A DNA stretch of 64,000 bases, taken from Mobula hypostoma (taxonomy: Eukaryota). The stretch spans positions 130,822,001 through 130,886,000 of the forward strand of contig NC_086097.1 of the NCBI RefSeq assembly GCF_963921235.1. The letters are read 5' to 3'. Position 1 is the first letter of the stretch; every line of letters begins with the position of its first letter. The notes beneath the pieces were generated by a model that saw only the letters and a list, made by a program, of their open reading frames with translations, did not search any database and was not told the origin of the DNA. The position numbers and the translations under genes were made by a program. Shown here piece after piece: positions 52,693 through 64,000 of the stretch.

Positions 52693-53429
52693 GGAGAGCA
52701 GTTTCAAGTTCCTGGGTGTCAACAACTCTGAGGATCTATCCTGGGTCCAGCATATTTATTTAATTACAAAGGCGAGATAACAGCAGCTGTATTTCATTAG
52801 GAGCTTGAGAACTGATATGTCACCAAAGACCCTCGCAAATTTCTGCAGATGTATCATGTAGAGTATTCTAACTAATTACTTTACCATTTGGAATGGAGAG
52901 GGAATCCAGCATTCGGGACAACCTCAAAAGGTTATGCCTCAAAAAGGCAGAATCCATTATTAATGACCCATCACCTAGAACATGCCCTCTTCTCACTGGT
53001 GGTACAGGAACCTGACGACACACTCCAATGTTTCAGGAACAGCTTCTATCCCTCCACCATCAGATTTCTGAATGGACAATGAACCCATGAAAACCACGAT
53101 TATTACAAAGGCTCTTTCAGTTCATCACAAACAGAAATGAGGGTATGAATCAAGGATGAACTCTTCTCCCCAAGTCTAGGAGACAGCAAACTTCTACCAA
53201 TTTGATCCTTCCCTCCACTAATGAAGAAAAATACTACTTTAAAATATTTTTTAAAAATCACATAAAAACTGATAATCTTGTTGAGGGGGCTTCTTGAGGA
53301 AGAGTGGCTGCAACATAAAAAATGTTCTGTGATACAATTCTTCATTAAGATGGAGGGAAAGAAAATTAATTCAAAATTTTGGGTCATGTATCCAAAGGAA
53401 ACTAAGAAGTGATAAGGTGTGAATTGTCT

Positions 53430-54235
53430 GTCATACAGGGCTACGGTAGGAAACTTTGTCACATGGTGTGAGCAGAATTATCTGCAGCGCAATATGAAAA
53501 AGACTAAGGAGCTGGTGGTAGACCTGAGGAGAACTAAGGTACCAGTGACCCCTGTTTCCATCCAGGGGGTCAGTGTGGACATGGTGGATGATTACAAGTA
53601 CCTGGGGATACGAGGTGACAATAAACTGGACTGGTCAAAGAACACTGAGGCTGTCTACAAGAATGGACAGAGTCATCTCTATTTCCTGAGGAGACTGAGG
53701 TCCTTTTAACATCTGCCAGACGATGCTGAGGATGTTCTACGAGTCTGTGGTGGCCAGTGCTATCATGTTTGCTGATGTGTGCTGGGGCAGCAGGCTGAGG
53801 ATAGTAGACACCAACAGAATCAACAAATTCATTCGTAAGGCCAGTGATGTTGTGGGAATGGAACTGAACTCTCTGGCGGTGGTGTCTGAAAAGAGGATGC
53901 TGTCCAAGTTGCATGCCATCTTGGACAATGTCTCCCATCCACTACATAATGTACTCGTTGGGCACAGAAGTACACTCAGCCAGCGACTCATTCCACCGAG
54001 ATGCAACATAGAGCATCATAGGAAGTCATTCCTGCCTGTGACCATCAAACTTTATAACTCCTGCCTTGGAGGGTCAGACACCCTGAGCCAATAGGCTGGT
54101 CCTGGACTTATTTCCTGGCATAATTTACATATTACTATTTAATTATTTATGGTTTTATTACTATTTAATTATTTATGGTGCAACTGTAACGAAAACCATA
54201 TTCCCCCGGGATCAATAAAGTATGACTATGACTAT
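53430..54235 (+). mobile_element. 5'-truncated Rex1/Babar-type LINE with (ATGACT)n tail
   Basis: ORFs 53419..53709 and 53723..54094; tail AATAAAGTATGACTATGACTATG. Confidence 0.9.
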
Positions 54236-54399
54236 GTATCGAAGAAACCAAATTAAAGGAGTGAGTAAAGAGTTCATTCAATAATTACTTTAAATAATTG
54301 TTCATTCATGCTGGATGCAAAACAAAAACACAACAGGAGAAGTTTGCTGAACGTTAGCTTACAAAAAATAGGAATAATTTAATATCAGAAAAAGGCAAT

Positions 54400-55087
54400 C
54401 TCCCATGCAGGACCTCGTCTACTATATCTGGTTCTCCAGATGCAGCCTCCCCTACATTGGTGAGGCCCCATGTAGATTAGGGGAGCACTTGGTCAAGCAC
54501 CTTTGCTCCACCTGTAAAAGGTTGGATATCCTGGTGGCCATCCATTTCAATTGCAATCCACATTCCCATTCTGACATGTTGGTCCATGGTCATAATGAGG
54601 CCACCCTCAGGTTGAAGGAGCAACTCCTCATATTTTCTCTGGGTAGCTGGAACCTGATGGCATGGACACTGATTACTCTAACTTCTGGTAATTTCCCCCC
54701 TCACCTTTAATTCCCCACTCTGCCTCCCCTCTTTCTTCTCCTCACCTGACTATCACCTCCCTCTGGTGCCACTCCTTCCTCTTCTTCCATGGTCGACTTT
54801 CCTCTCATACCAGATTCCTCCTTTTTCAGCCTCTTACCTTTTCTACCCATCACCTCCCAACTGCTTACTTCATTCCCCCTCCCTCATACACCTGGTTTCA
54901 CCTATGACCTTCCAGTTTGTACTCCTTCGCCTATTTTGGCTCTTCCTCCTTCCTTTCCACTTCTGATGAAGGGTCTCAGCCCAAAATGTCAACTGTTTAT
55001 TCATTTTCATAGATGCTGACCTGCTGAGTTCCTCCAACATTTTTTGTGTGTGTGTTACTCTGGATTTACAGCATCTACAGAATCTCA
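54400..55087 (+). mobile_element. Degraded Penelope-like 3' fragment
   Basis: LVYYIWFSRCSLPYIGE GIY-YIG remnant; degenerate hammerhead at about 54960-54996. Confidence 0.78.
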
Positions 55088-55451
55088 TGTTCAGATTCAT
55101 TTATTTATCATGTGTACATTGAAACACAGTGAAATGTGTCATTTGCTTTAACAACCAACACAAGCTAAAAAAGGGCCGACGGCAGCCCACAACCATCGCC
55201 ACATTTTGATACCAACACAGCATGCTTACAATGTTCAGGAGAAGAACACAAGCAGCAGCAGCAACATAACAAACCCTTTCCTCTCTACCCTCCCCCCACC
55301 ACCATTCACAAACACAGATCGACCTCCAGCCCTAGGACAGGCCACCTCCAGAGCCCTTGGCCCCGGACTCTCAGATTCACAGACATCGGGCCTCTGACTT
55401 CAAGGACATGCCAACTTTGGTCTGCGACCTTTAGGCTTTGGGCTTCAGTAT

Positions 55452-56466
55452 TGTTACGGATCAGCAACAATATATGTAGAATGGAGTCGGGGAATTATAG
55501 CAAAACAACTAAATTTATTGACATTTATGCAGAAATATATAAAATTAAACAAATGACTAACTTAAACAGAAGTTTAAGTTTTCTATGTTTCCATGTTCCT
55601 ATTTTGTATGTTTCTGTAGGGTTCTGAGTTGGATGATCTGCCATGATCACACTGAATGGCGGTGCAGGCTCAAAGGGCCAACTGGCCTACTCCTGCACCT
55701 ATTTTCTATGCTTCTAAGTTAACGGCATTATGCGTCTATAATTCCCAAACAGTCAAACTTAGATACAATTCTTAACAAAGTCTTACTCAAGCACAGTCTT
55801 AGAGTGGTAGCTTAGAAAGTCCAGGTGATTCATGAAATATGTGAGAGGAGAGACTTGTATATTCACGATGCAACGAAGAGACGATCTTGGAGATTCACAA
55901 TACGGTGAAGAGGCGATCTTGAAGAAACAGTTACTAGAGTTTGCAACCGCAGAGTACCCTTTCCAAACAGTCCAAGAAGAGCGAGATTTCACAGAGTAAC
56001 TGACAGGGAATGTCCCTTTCACTGAAATGGTCAGCACACAACACCCAAGACCATGCAGGGCTTAACCAGAAGTCTGTGCCACAATCCACGTATGGATTAT
56101 ACGAAATGTCAGTCACATTCGAAATGCAGAGTGCTGCCGGCTAACCCAATCCCTTGGGTTCATTCGAAGCCTGCAATCTTCACTCTCACTTTCCCTTCCC
56201 CGTCGATTCCTTAATGACTCCTTACTGAGCAACTCCCTAATGAGCGACTGCCCACTAAACGACTGCGACTCTTTTATACCACCCGGGAAATGTCATCATG
56301 TGACTGTCAAAGAAACAAAGTCACGGATTCCCAGTAAACCACGTGGCGCCCCCAGGAATCGAAACTACAAGCTTCCAGCAAAACAAGACTATAGATACAT
56401 CACACTTAGTAAATGAAATTAGTATTATGTGACATCCACAGGAATCGAAACTGTGGACCCATAACA
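55452..56466 (-). mobile_element. Solo LTR, probably Ty3/gypsy, containing a short CR1-type 3' tail insertion (about 55580-55715)
   Basis: TGTTA...TAACA termini; TSD GTAT; minus-strand TATAAAAG at about 56271-56278. Similar to 58755-59591. Confidence 0.88.
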
Positions 56467-56889
56467 GTATCCACTCCAGGACTTGTCAATCATGGGATTT
56501 TGAATTCCAATTCTCAAACTCCGGACTCATACAGATTTCTGTCCATGGGACTTGCCAGCTTGGGGCTGGGAGTGCCACTGAACCTGCCTCCTGCCCGCCA
56601 TGTACCTCCAGTCCCAGAATTCACCATTCTGCGGATCACCCACCCTCATCCACAGGGATTGATGGTCTTTATCCTCAATGCCTGCAGACCCAACATCCAC
56701 CCAGAGATGACTGGCTTTCTACCACGGAGAGCTCCAACCTGGACCCATCTGCCCCATAACACTTACTGCTCCTGACCTCCAACTCCCCCTCATCCTTCTC
56801 CATAAACTTCAGCCTGACCCTTAACTTCCCCTGCTGACCCCAAGACCATTCCTTCAAAGCTAATGACTTCGATAAATGACTTCGATAAA

Positions 56890-57926
56890 TGATTTAGATG
56901 AGGGAGTTAAAGTCAATAAATCCAAGTCTGCAGATAACATAAAGCAAGATGAGAACACAAGCTGTTAGGTAAATGCCAAGATCTCGAGTGATTTTGGACC
57001 AGGTGAAGGAGAGAGCAAAGGCATGGTAGATGCAGTACAATGTAGATAAAGCTAAGTTTATTACTTTGGAGGCAAAACTAAGAAAGGTGACCATCTAAAC
57101 AGTGATAAATATGAAAAGTGGGAGATCATAATGAGCTAGATATCCACCCATTGATGAAAGAAAGTACAGGTGACAGTTAAAGATGCCAAATAGTATGCTG
57201 GCCTTCATGCCAAGACAATTCACATAAAGGAACGGGAAGGGTTTTGAGAAGAAACCTTAAGTACTATGTACAGTTTTTGCCCTGACCAAAGGATGGATAT
57301 TCTCACAGTGGAGGGAGTGCTAGAAAAAGTTCACCAGATTGCCAGAGAATGGCCAGAGAAATTGGGGTCAATTAGGCTTATACTCACTAGAGATTAGAAC
57401 AATGGTGAGGGACTTAAGGAAACTGAAAAATTCTATTAGAACTGGACAAAATAGCTGCAGGAAGAAAGAGGAATCCAGGACTAGGATAATGATATTGATA
57501 ACATATTGATGCAGCTGTAAAGAAGGCAAGACAATGGCTATACTTCATTCGGAGTTTGAGGAGATTTGGTTTGTCAACTGAAACTTCCACAAATGTACCA
57601 TGGAGAACATTCTGACTGGCTACATCACTGTCTGGTATGGGGGGGAGGGGAGGGGCTACTGCACAAGATCGAAGTAAGTTACAGAAACTTGCAAAGTTAG
57701 TCAGTTCCATCATGGGTACTAGTCTGCATAGTATCCAAGACATCTTCAAGGAGCAGTGCCTTAGGAAGGCAGCATCGATCATTAAGGATCCCCACCATCC
57801 AGGACATGCCTAATTGCAATTCAGATTTTTCCTCTATATTTATCATGTATTTCTTTGTACTGGTGTGGCTAAGTTAACAAATTTCACGACATATGTCGAT
57901 GATATTAAACGCGATTCTGATTCTGA
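56890..57926 (+). mobile_element. Degraded CR1 RT fragment followed by a Rex-type 3' fragment (about 57500-57926)
   Basis: W*MQYNVDK-like CR1 remnant; LYFIRSLRRFG and GATTCTGATTCTGA tail. Confidence 0.6.
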
Positions 57927-58633
57927 CTAAGAGACATTGTTGAAGGAAACCATAAAAGACATGAATGGAAAAATTCCTTCACACAAAGAACAAAAAAAAT
58001 CTGTTAAAAAAAAATCACTACAAGAAACCAAATCATTAAATATATTCAAAAAGTAGTAAAATCTAAAGCTTAAAAGCATCTAAAGATACAGGAAGAAAGC
58101 ATTGATGATTATTGTTGTGGACAACAGTACATGCTTGAAGGAATGATCTGCTCCAGCCAACTTCTACGTTTCTTAAAAAAAATAGCCACAGTTTGTACAA
58201 AACTGAAACATTGACTCTAGAACTGGAACTTTCTTAAATTACTTAAACACTGCTCGAGATGTAGTGTTTACAATTAAAAAATGACTAACATTATAAAATC
58301 TTACTAACAATTTGTAATGATGCAGCTCACCAGCACAGTAATTCAATAAATGACCACTAAGGATCACTTCTTTTCCATCACTGAATATAGATTATAAATT
58401 CTAAATGGTGTCTAATAGTCAGGCAATTGTAAGGGTCACACTGATAAAGATTACTGATGTAACTATTTCTAATGTAACTATTTAATGAATGTAGCATCCT
58501 TTTCATCAATATCATAGCTTATGCTGGTGAAGTCCAACTCGTCTCTAAACTAAACAATTTACATATGACTTAAGGTGTTTCTTAAAAATCTAGTTGCTGC
58601 TTGCAAAGATCTTTCTGGCAACACCATTACCCC

Positions 58634-59830
58634 AGGGTCTGAAAATGCATGTTCAAGTCCTGAAACTCTTCCTTAATCTGTATTGACAATACAGTACTGA
58701 GAGTGCTGCACTGCTAGGGGGGCTATGTTTTGCAATGAGTTTGAGCCAATATCCTGTCACGTGACCGGCAACAATGAATATAGAATTGAGTCAGGTTTTA
58801 TAAAAACAAACATTTATTAAACTCTGCTCAAAAATAGCAAAATGTATTTTAACGACTAACTTAACCGGAAGTTAACTGATATATGGCAACTCTGGAACAG
58901 TTCTTCAAAGGGTAAATGCGAAAACAGTTCTTATAGTGGTAAATTCGAACACAGTCCTTAGAATGGTAAATTCGAAAGTCCATGAGATTTATACAGTCAA
59001 TTAGGAGAGACTTTCCTAAGGTAAAGAATTCCTCGAAGACGTGACGTTACTGCTGACCCCCGCCGGAACCTGCCTTGTCTGCAGGATTCACGACGACGGA
59101 AATAAAACGATTTAAAGGAACTGACCTTTTCCTCTGAAGAATACACACTACGTAATCCTTCCTGCTTTAGCAGAGGATATCTCATGCAGGTCACTCTTTC
59201 TTGAACAAAGATTCAATAAAGGTCGATCCTCTCCAAAACTGTCAACCGATATCAGCTTTACTCAACTCGGCGAATTCCTGTACTTTGGTAAGGACTTCAC
59301 TCTCCAATACTACTTACAATAGAACGTAGAACTCCACTTTAAAACGAAACTGCGTCATAAGACGAATATGCAGCATAACGGAGTATCTGATGAATTAAAT
59401 AACGAACTAAATTTAAAACTCAACTGGAAAAAAACTAACTGCGTCACCACAGGGGTCTCCCTTTTATACCCATGGTGAACATGTCTTCACGTAACCTCAC
59501 ACTGGCGGGGAAAATTACATCATGTGACCTCCACGAGACCATTACTTCATGCTCATAAGACAGTCACAAGATACCCATGAGGTATGTAACAATCCCATCT
59601 ACTCTTTCAAGTAGATGCAACAATATTACTTGAAGAGCAACATCCTGGCCAATATTCATCTTGAGTAGTATCACTGAATTCAGATAATTTAGTTGCTTGC
59701 ACTATTAGCACTTCCAGGAGCATGCTGTGTCCAAACAGACTTCTATCATTCCCTTCACTGAAACAAAAGTTGCATTTCATAACTTTGTAATTTGTCTGCA
59801 AATTTACCTGGAGGTAAACAATGTTTTTTT
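58634..59830 (+). mobile_element. Ancient DeuSINE-like (SacSINE1/AmnSINE1-related) remnant split by the solo LTR
   Basis: CAGTACTGAGAGTGCTGCACTG, TCCTGGCCAATATT and GCTGTGTCCAAA resemble the remembered Deu-domain consensus, in the expected order. Confidence 0.6.
58755..59591 (-). mobile_element. Solo LTR, 837 bp, probably Ty3/gypsy
   Basis: TGTCAC...GTAACA termini; TSD ATCC; minus-strand TATAAAAG at about 59461-59468 and AATAAA at about 58813-58818. Confidence 0.9.
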
Positions 59831-60299
59831 GGCTCCAGGAACAAAGTTACAGTGGAAAAAAAAATCACATACAATTTGATATGCAATAAAGTATTTAAAT
59901 TATCTTGCAAAAAGGTTGGCTTTAGAATACTACATTTTGATAGTGGTAGTACACAAATCACAAGATTGAGGCCAATAAATTTAGGCTGAACTCAGTTTTC
60001 TACACTGAAAACACAAATACAATTGAAGGAAATAATGAATTAGAGAAAATTTACAAATATATTTCTCAAAAGCAACTGAATTTATTCAGCATTTCCGTCA
60101 TTAAAGCCACTTAAACTTGTAGTGCAATTAGTCTATGACTTTTTAAAAATACAATCCTCTGCTTTTTTTTTATGAAGCATAAATTTGTGTTACATGCACT
60201 GATTCCTCGTAAGTTAATAATTTATATGTATTTCTATATTTTGTTATGATACCCAAGGCCGTTTCATCCCACTGATCTGACACAGGTTCAAAGAGCAAT

Positions 60300-60573
60300 T
60301 CCACAATAATTTTTCTTTTACCCAATTCTCCCCATAAAATTTTCCCTAGATTCTAACACTAATCTGCACACCAAGGGCAAATTGCAGTGGCCAATTAAAC
60401 TATCAATTGGCACATTTTTGGGATATTGTGAAAAATTTTTAAGTATTTAGAGGAAATCCATTTGATCACAGGGCGAACACACAAGCATAACACAGACAGG
60501 AACAGAGAGGAGGATCGAACCTGGGTCACTGGTGCCAAGTAACAGTTTGACTAGTTGTGCAACAATGCCACCC
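60300..60573 (-). mobile_element. Degenerate tRNA-derived V-SINE-like (HE1-type) element
   Basis: Minus strand GGGTGGCA...GACCCAGGTTCGATCC (B box) followed by a CTGTCTGTGT..GTGTTCGCCCTGTG V-domain-like tract. Confidence 0.65.
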
Positions 60574-62499
60574 GAAGTCATAATAGACAAAACTCTGAAA
60601 TCTTGAATATACATTTGTTAATGTTTAATTACAAAATCAAAATTCTTTGGTTGAATATTGAGGCAACTCTTTTTAACAGTACTTTTAAAACATTATAGAA
60701 AAGTGTGTAAGACTACTGTGCACACTGATTCAACAAATAAAATACAACAGTAAACCCAAGTGATTTAGTGCATCACTAAACATGCAAAACTTTACTAGAA
60801 AACAAAATGCTGGAGAATCGTAATGGGTCAAGCAGTCTCTAAAGGGTGGGTGGGGTTTGAGCTGACGAGGGGAATTGATGCTTCAGGACAAGATAGTGCA
60901 TTAACATAATGCAGGGTCTCAACCTGAAATGTTCATTTCTTCCCTACTCTACAGATACTCCTCAACCTGCTTGGTTGCTTCAGCTGCTTGTTTTTCCCCC
61001 CAGGTTACAGCATCTCCCTTATTCTGCAAAACTAACTTGTTGCAAAGTAATTTCACATTTTAATCAAATTATGCCTTTCTCTTCAATCAGTTTCATAAGT
61101 AAAAATTCCATAAACCGAGGAACACAATTACTGATGAATGTAGTCCAAAGTCTAAAATTTAAAACTTTCAGAAGGTAATAGGATTTTTATTTGCATTTTA
61201 GCAAAATTATTTGAATATCATTCAACTTTTGTGGTATATGAACTAATCAAACATGAAGATGGATTTTCGAAAATGATTTTTTTCAAACATCAATGAAGCG
61301 TTGCCATCGTCCTCATTACTTCAAGAGCTGCAAGCTTATTTTCAAAATTAGCTTTCATTGTAATCATACCAGCCTATATAATAAATGCTCATTTTAAACC
61401 AACTTTTCAAGTTACAGTAATAACACATTATGGACATCTGAAAACCAAAATTAAACCATCTAACAGTTAAATCTGGAATTAGTCTATAAATTATGGTAGT
61501 CTCTAAATTCATACATCTTAAGTAATGTTCTTGCTTTGTTGTAAGCCAACGACAATGTGATTCACTGCAGCCAGAACTGTTAACTTTTTAAAAAAGTAAT
61601 ATGAAAAATAAAATTTATTTTGAAATAACTTATCTATGTAACCGTGTGTGTGTTAAAATATTGCTTATTGAAGTAAAATAATAAATCTATTTCTGTACTT
61701 TATAACCATACAAAAGATATGCCAATGCTGGAAACGTATTACACCAAGAAGGGATCAGGTTGCCATAGTTGAGGGCAAAATCATGAGGTATTATTCAACT
61801 TTTAAGATTTTGAAAAATATAACCATTAGATATAAATGGAATTTACACAGTATTCATTATAAAATCAAATACTGGATATAATCAAGGGAAAAAAGGAGTT
61901 AACCTGTCCAAAAATATATACAAATTATAGAGGATAAAGAATAAATCAGAACAGGAAATGCTGTCGTGCTAAGCCTAGTGTGTGGCCAAGAATGGAGCCA
62001 ATAAACAATGATAGTCTTTGTGATATTGCTTTCTCTGCAGACACGTTTTCAGTCACTGGTAATCTGCTATAAATACAAACTCAAAATTGTTGGTGCTTTT
62101 GCTGGAAATCGGTCAGTAATTATTTAGCCGATGACAGTTCATTCATGCTTAACTCTGTAAAGTTACGTTAGTCAAACTGTTTTTGGTTTATTTTTTCCCC
62201 CTCACTGCAAAAGTTTAATGAATAACAATCTGAAAAGAAACAACCTTGCATTGAACATTAACATCTGTGAGTTTTCCTAGCAACAGCAGCTTTTCCTTTA
62301 CTTCTAATTGCTGAAGGCAATGTCAGTGGCAAAGAAAACACAATATTCGAAAATTAACAGCTGTAACTTGAGTCTCTAAATTTATTGTAATGGAATGCTA
62401 ATTACTTAAGAACAAATATTTAGAATTACACATCATTGGGTTTAAGCTTCCGGTTTCTTAAGCAAATTATCCATAAAGCTTCAAGATATTTCAACTCAC

Positions 62500-62580
62500 C
62501 CGTGTGAAGGTCCCTTCAAAAGTATGAATATCCATTTGTGGCTTCTGAGCATAAACATGGGCACTGATTGTAAAAAGATC
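62500..62580 (-). CDS. ATP9B: ATP9B P4-ATPase coding exon, first in window in transcription order; 81 nt, [27 protein letters not shown]
   Basis: Manual translation. Acceptor tttacAG (62581-62582) and donor GTgagt (62498-62499); phase 0/0. Matches the remembered ATP9B peptide [27 protein letters not shown] better than ATP9A. Confidence 0.95.
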
Positions 62581-64000
62581 CTGTAAATTAAACAGGGCAG
62601 AGAGTCAAAAATGAAAAAGTGCCCCTATTCAAATGGAGGAAAGGTAAAATTAAGGCTCTGATGTATTTTGTCTTAAAATACCTTTTCAGAAATGACAATG
62701 TTTTTCATTTATATGTATAAAAACGTGTTCCATTCAAGGCCAAAAATATTATTCCTGGAGAACAGTGTGCCTTTGTATCATGATCTCAGTGCTTTAAAAT
62801 TAGCACTGAATAATACAGTGCATTAAATCACTTTACAAATCACAGATAAAAGAACGCATTAGAAAGTGAAGTACTTTTAAAAGAAAATGTTTGTGTAAAA
62901 ATTACAGCTGTATCAGCAAAGAGGTTTTCGTCTACTTAAATTTTAGAAAAGTTCTGTCTCATGCTTCAGTTTAAACATGTTTAAATACAAATAATGGATC
63001 TATTGGAATTTTAAGAAGGGCTGAGAATGACAAATGAAATGAATAACTAACAATACGATGATTTTGCAGAATTACTTAAAACATCTCATTACACAATTTC
63101 AATTAGTCTGTCATATTATAAAATCAATGAAAGTGAAAAGCTTTCAGTAAAGCTGGAAACAGTTTTACATTTCATTATTCATCAATTAAACCAACAGCTC
63201 TCACACTTAGTATTACCAAGCATTTGACAAATGCCTTTTAACTGCTTTTATTCTGTATGATTGAATGCGAAGGTCATGTTAATTATCCCTTGTAAACTAG
63301 TCTATATACATATAATTTATAGAAATCATGTTACATAAAAAAAAATCATCTGACTTGTGAAAGGACAAAAAACTCAACGATGTCAAGAATTCAAAGGTTG
63401 GAAATGTGAAGTAATTAGCATATATGAACGAAGCAAACCATGAGCAATACTTCATATTTCGATGTTGCAATATATGGGAGTGCATATCCATACAAGAAAA
63501 TCATGATCACAATACATAGCCGCCCAAATATGGTAAGAGGTTTAGCTGACAGCGTCCTTCACAAAAAGTATTCCATCAACATGATGGCATTAAAAATACG
63601 ACTAAACAAATATAAGGATATATTTCCCACATGGTTGAACAGCATTCATGGAAAGTTACAAATTATTTTGATCTAGACTTTGATCGATCCCCATACTAAT
63701 TAAGACACTGATGTCATGTGAAAATTGGAGACAAAGGATAGGTTCAGTATTCAAAATTACGTGATTAAATAATTAAAGAAAATATATTTTAATGGGGAAG
63801 GGAAGATTTAAAGTGGACCAAATTTTAGTAAAAATATAGAGAAATATGTAACTTGCAAATGAATACAGATAATTCAATTTGACAATGAACCTTTTAATTT
63901 AAAAAGATTAAATATTTTCAACCTCGTGAGAAGACAAGCTTTTTCTCCGGTCAGAGGGAACTTGGGGCGGGCAGAGGGAGGTGAATCTTCAATGAGGACT

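Larger units (their letters stand above)
41510..53090 (+). mobile_element. Old Rex1/Babar-type LINE split into pieces by at least four direct insertions
   Basis: Collinear pieces: EN (41510-42198, 42693-43010), SEADARTSFKRVNP (about 43250-43296), TCANQLAGVF.. (47174-47877), SSFKFLGVN.. (52693-53090). Confidence 0.75.

Overview
This is eukaryotic vertebrate DNA, not a prokaryotic locus. The whole window lies inside a P4-ATPase (lipid flippase) gene on the minus strand, recognised as ATP9B. Three short coding exons (62500-62580, 30119-30194, 21292-21368) have canonical GT-AG sites and splice in frame. They are separated by introns of 32.3 kb and 8.75 kb, and a further intron of more than 21 kb runs off the left end. 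The introns are packed with nested, mostly dead transposable elements: Rex1/Babar-type and CR1 LINEs, Neptune-type Penelope-like elements (PLEs) with minimal hammerhead ribozyme motifs, two Tc1-family DNA transposons, one non-autonomous Helitron, three solo LTRs with 4-bp target-site duplications (TSDs), and tRNA-derived SINEs. The repeat repertoire suggests a cartilaginous fish, probably a ray or skate (inference only). Almost all listed ORFs are TE debris or chance ORFs. I cannot support a wholly new biological system. The most notable structures are a TSD-bounded PLE with long inverted arms carrying two hammerhead motifs, an apparent twin-priming 5' inversion in a Rex1/Babar LINE, a Helitron with intact termini, and a Tc1 remnant with DD36E spacing. 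TE boundaries without a stated TSD or terminus are approximate.
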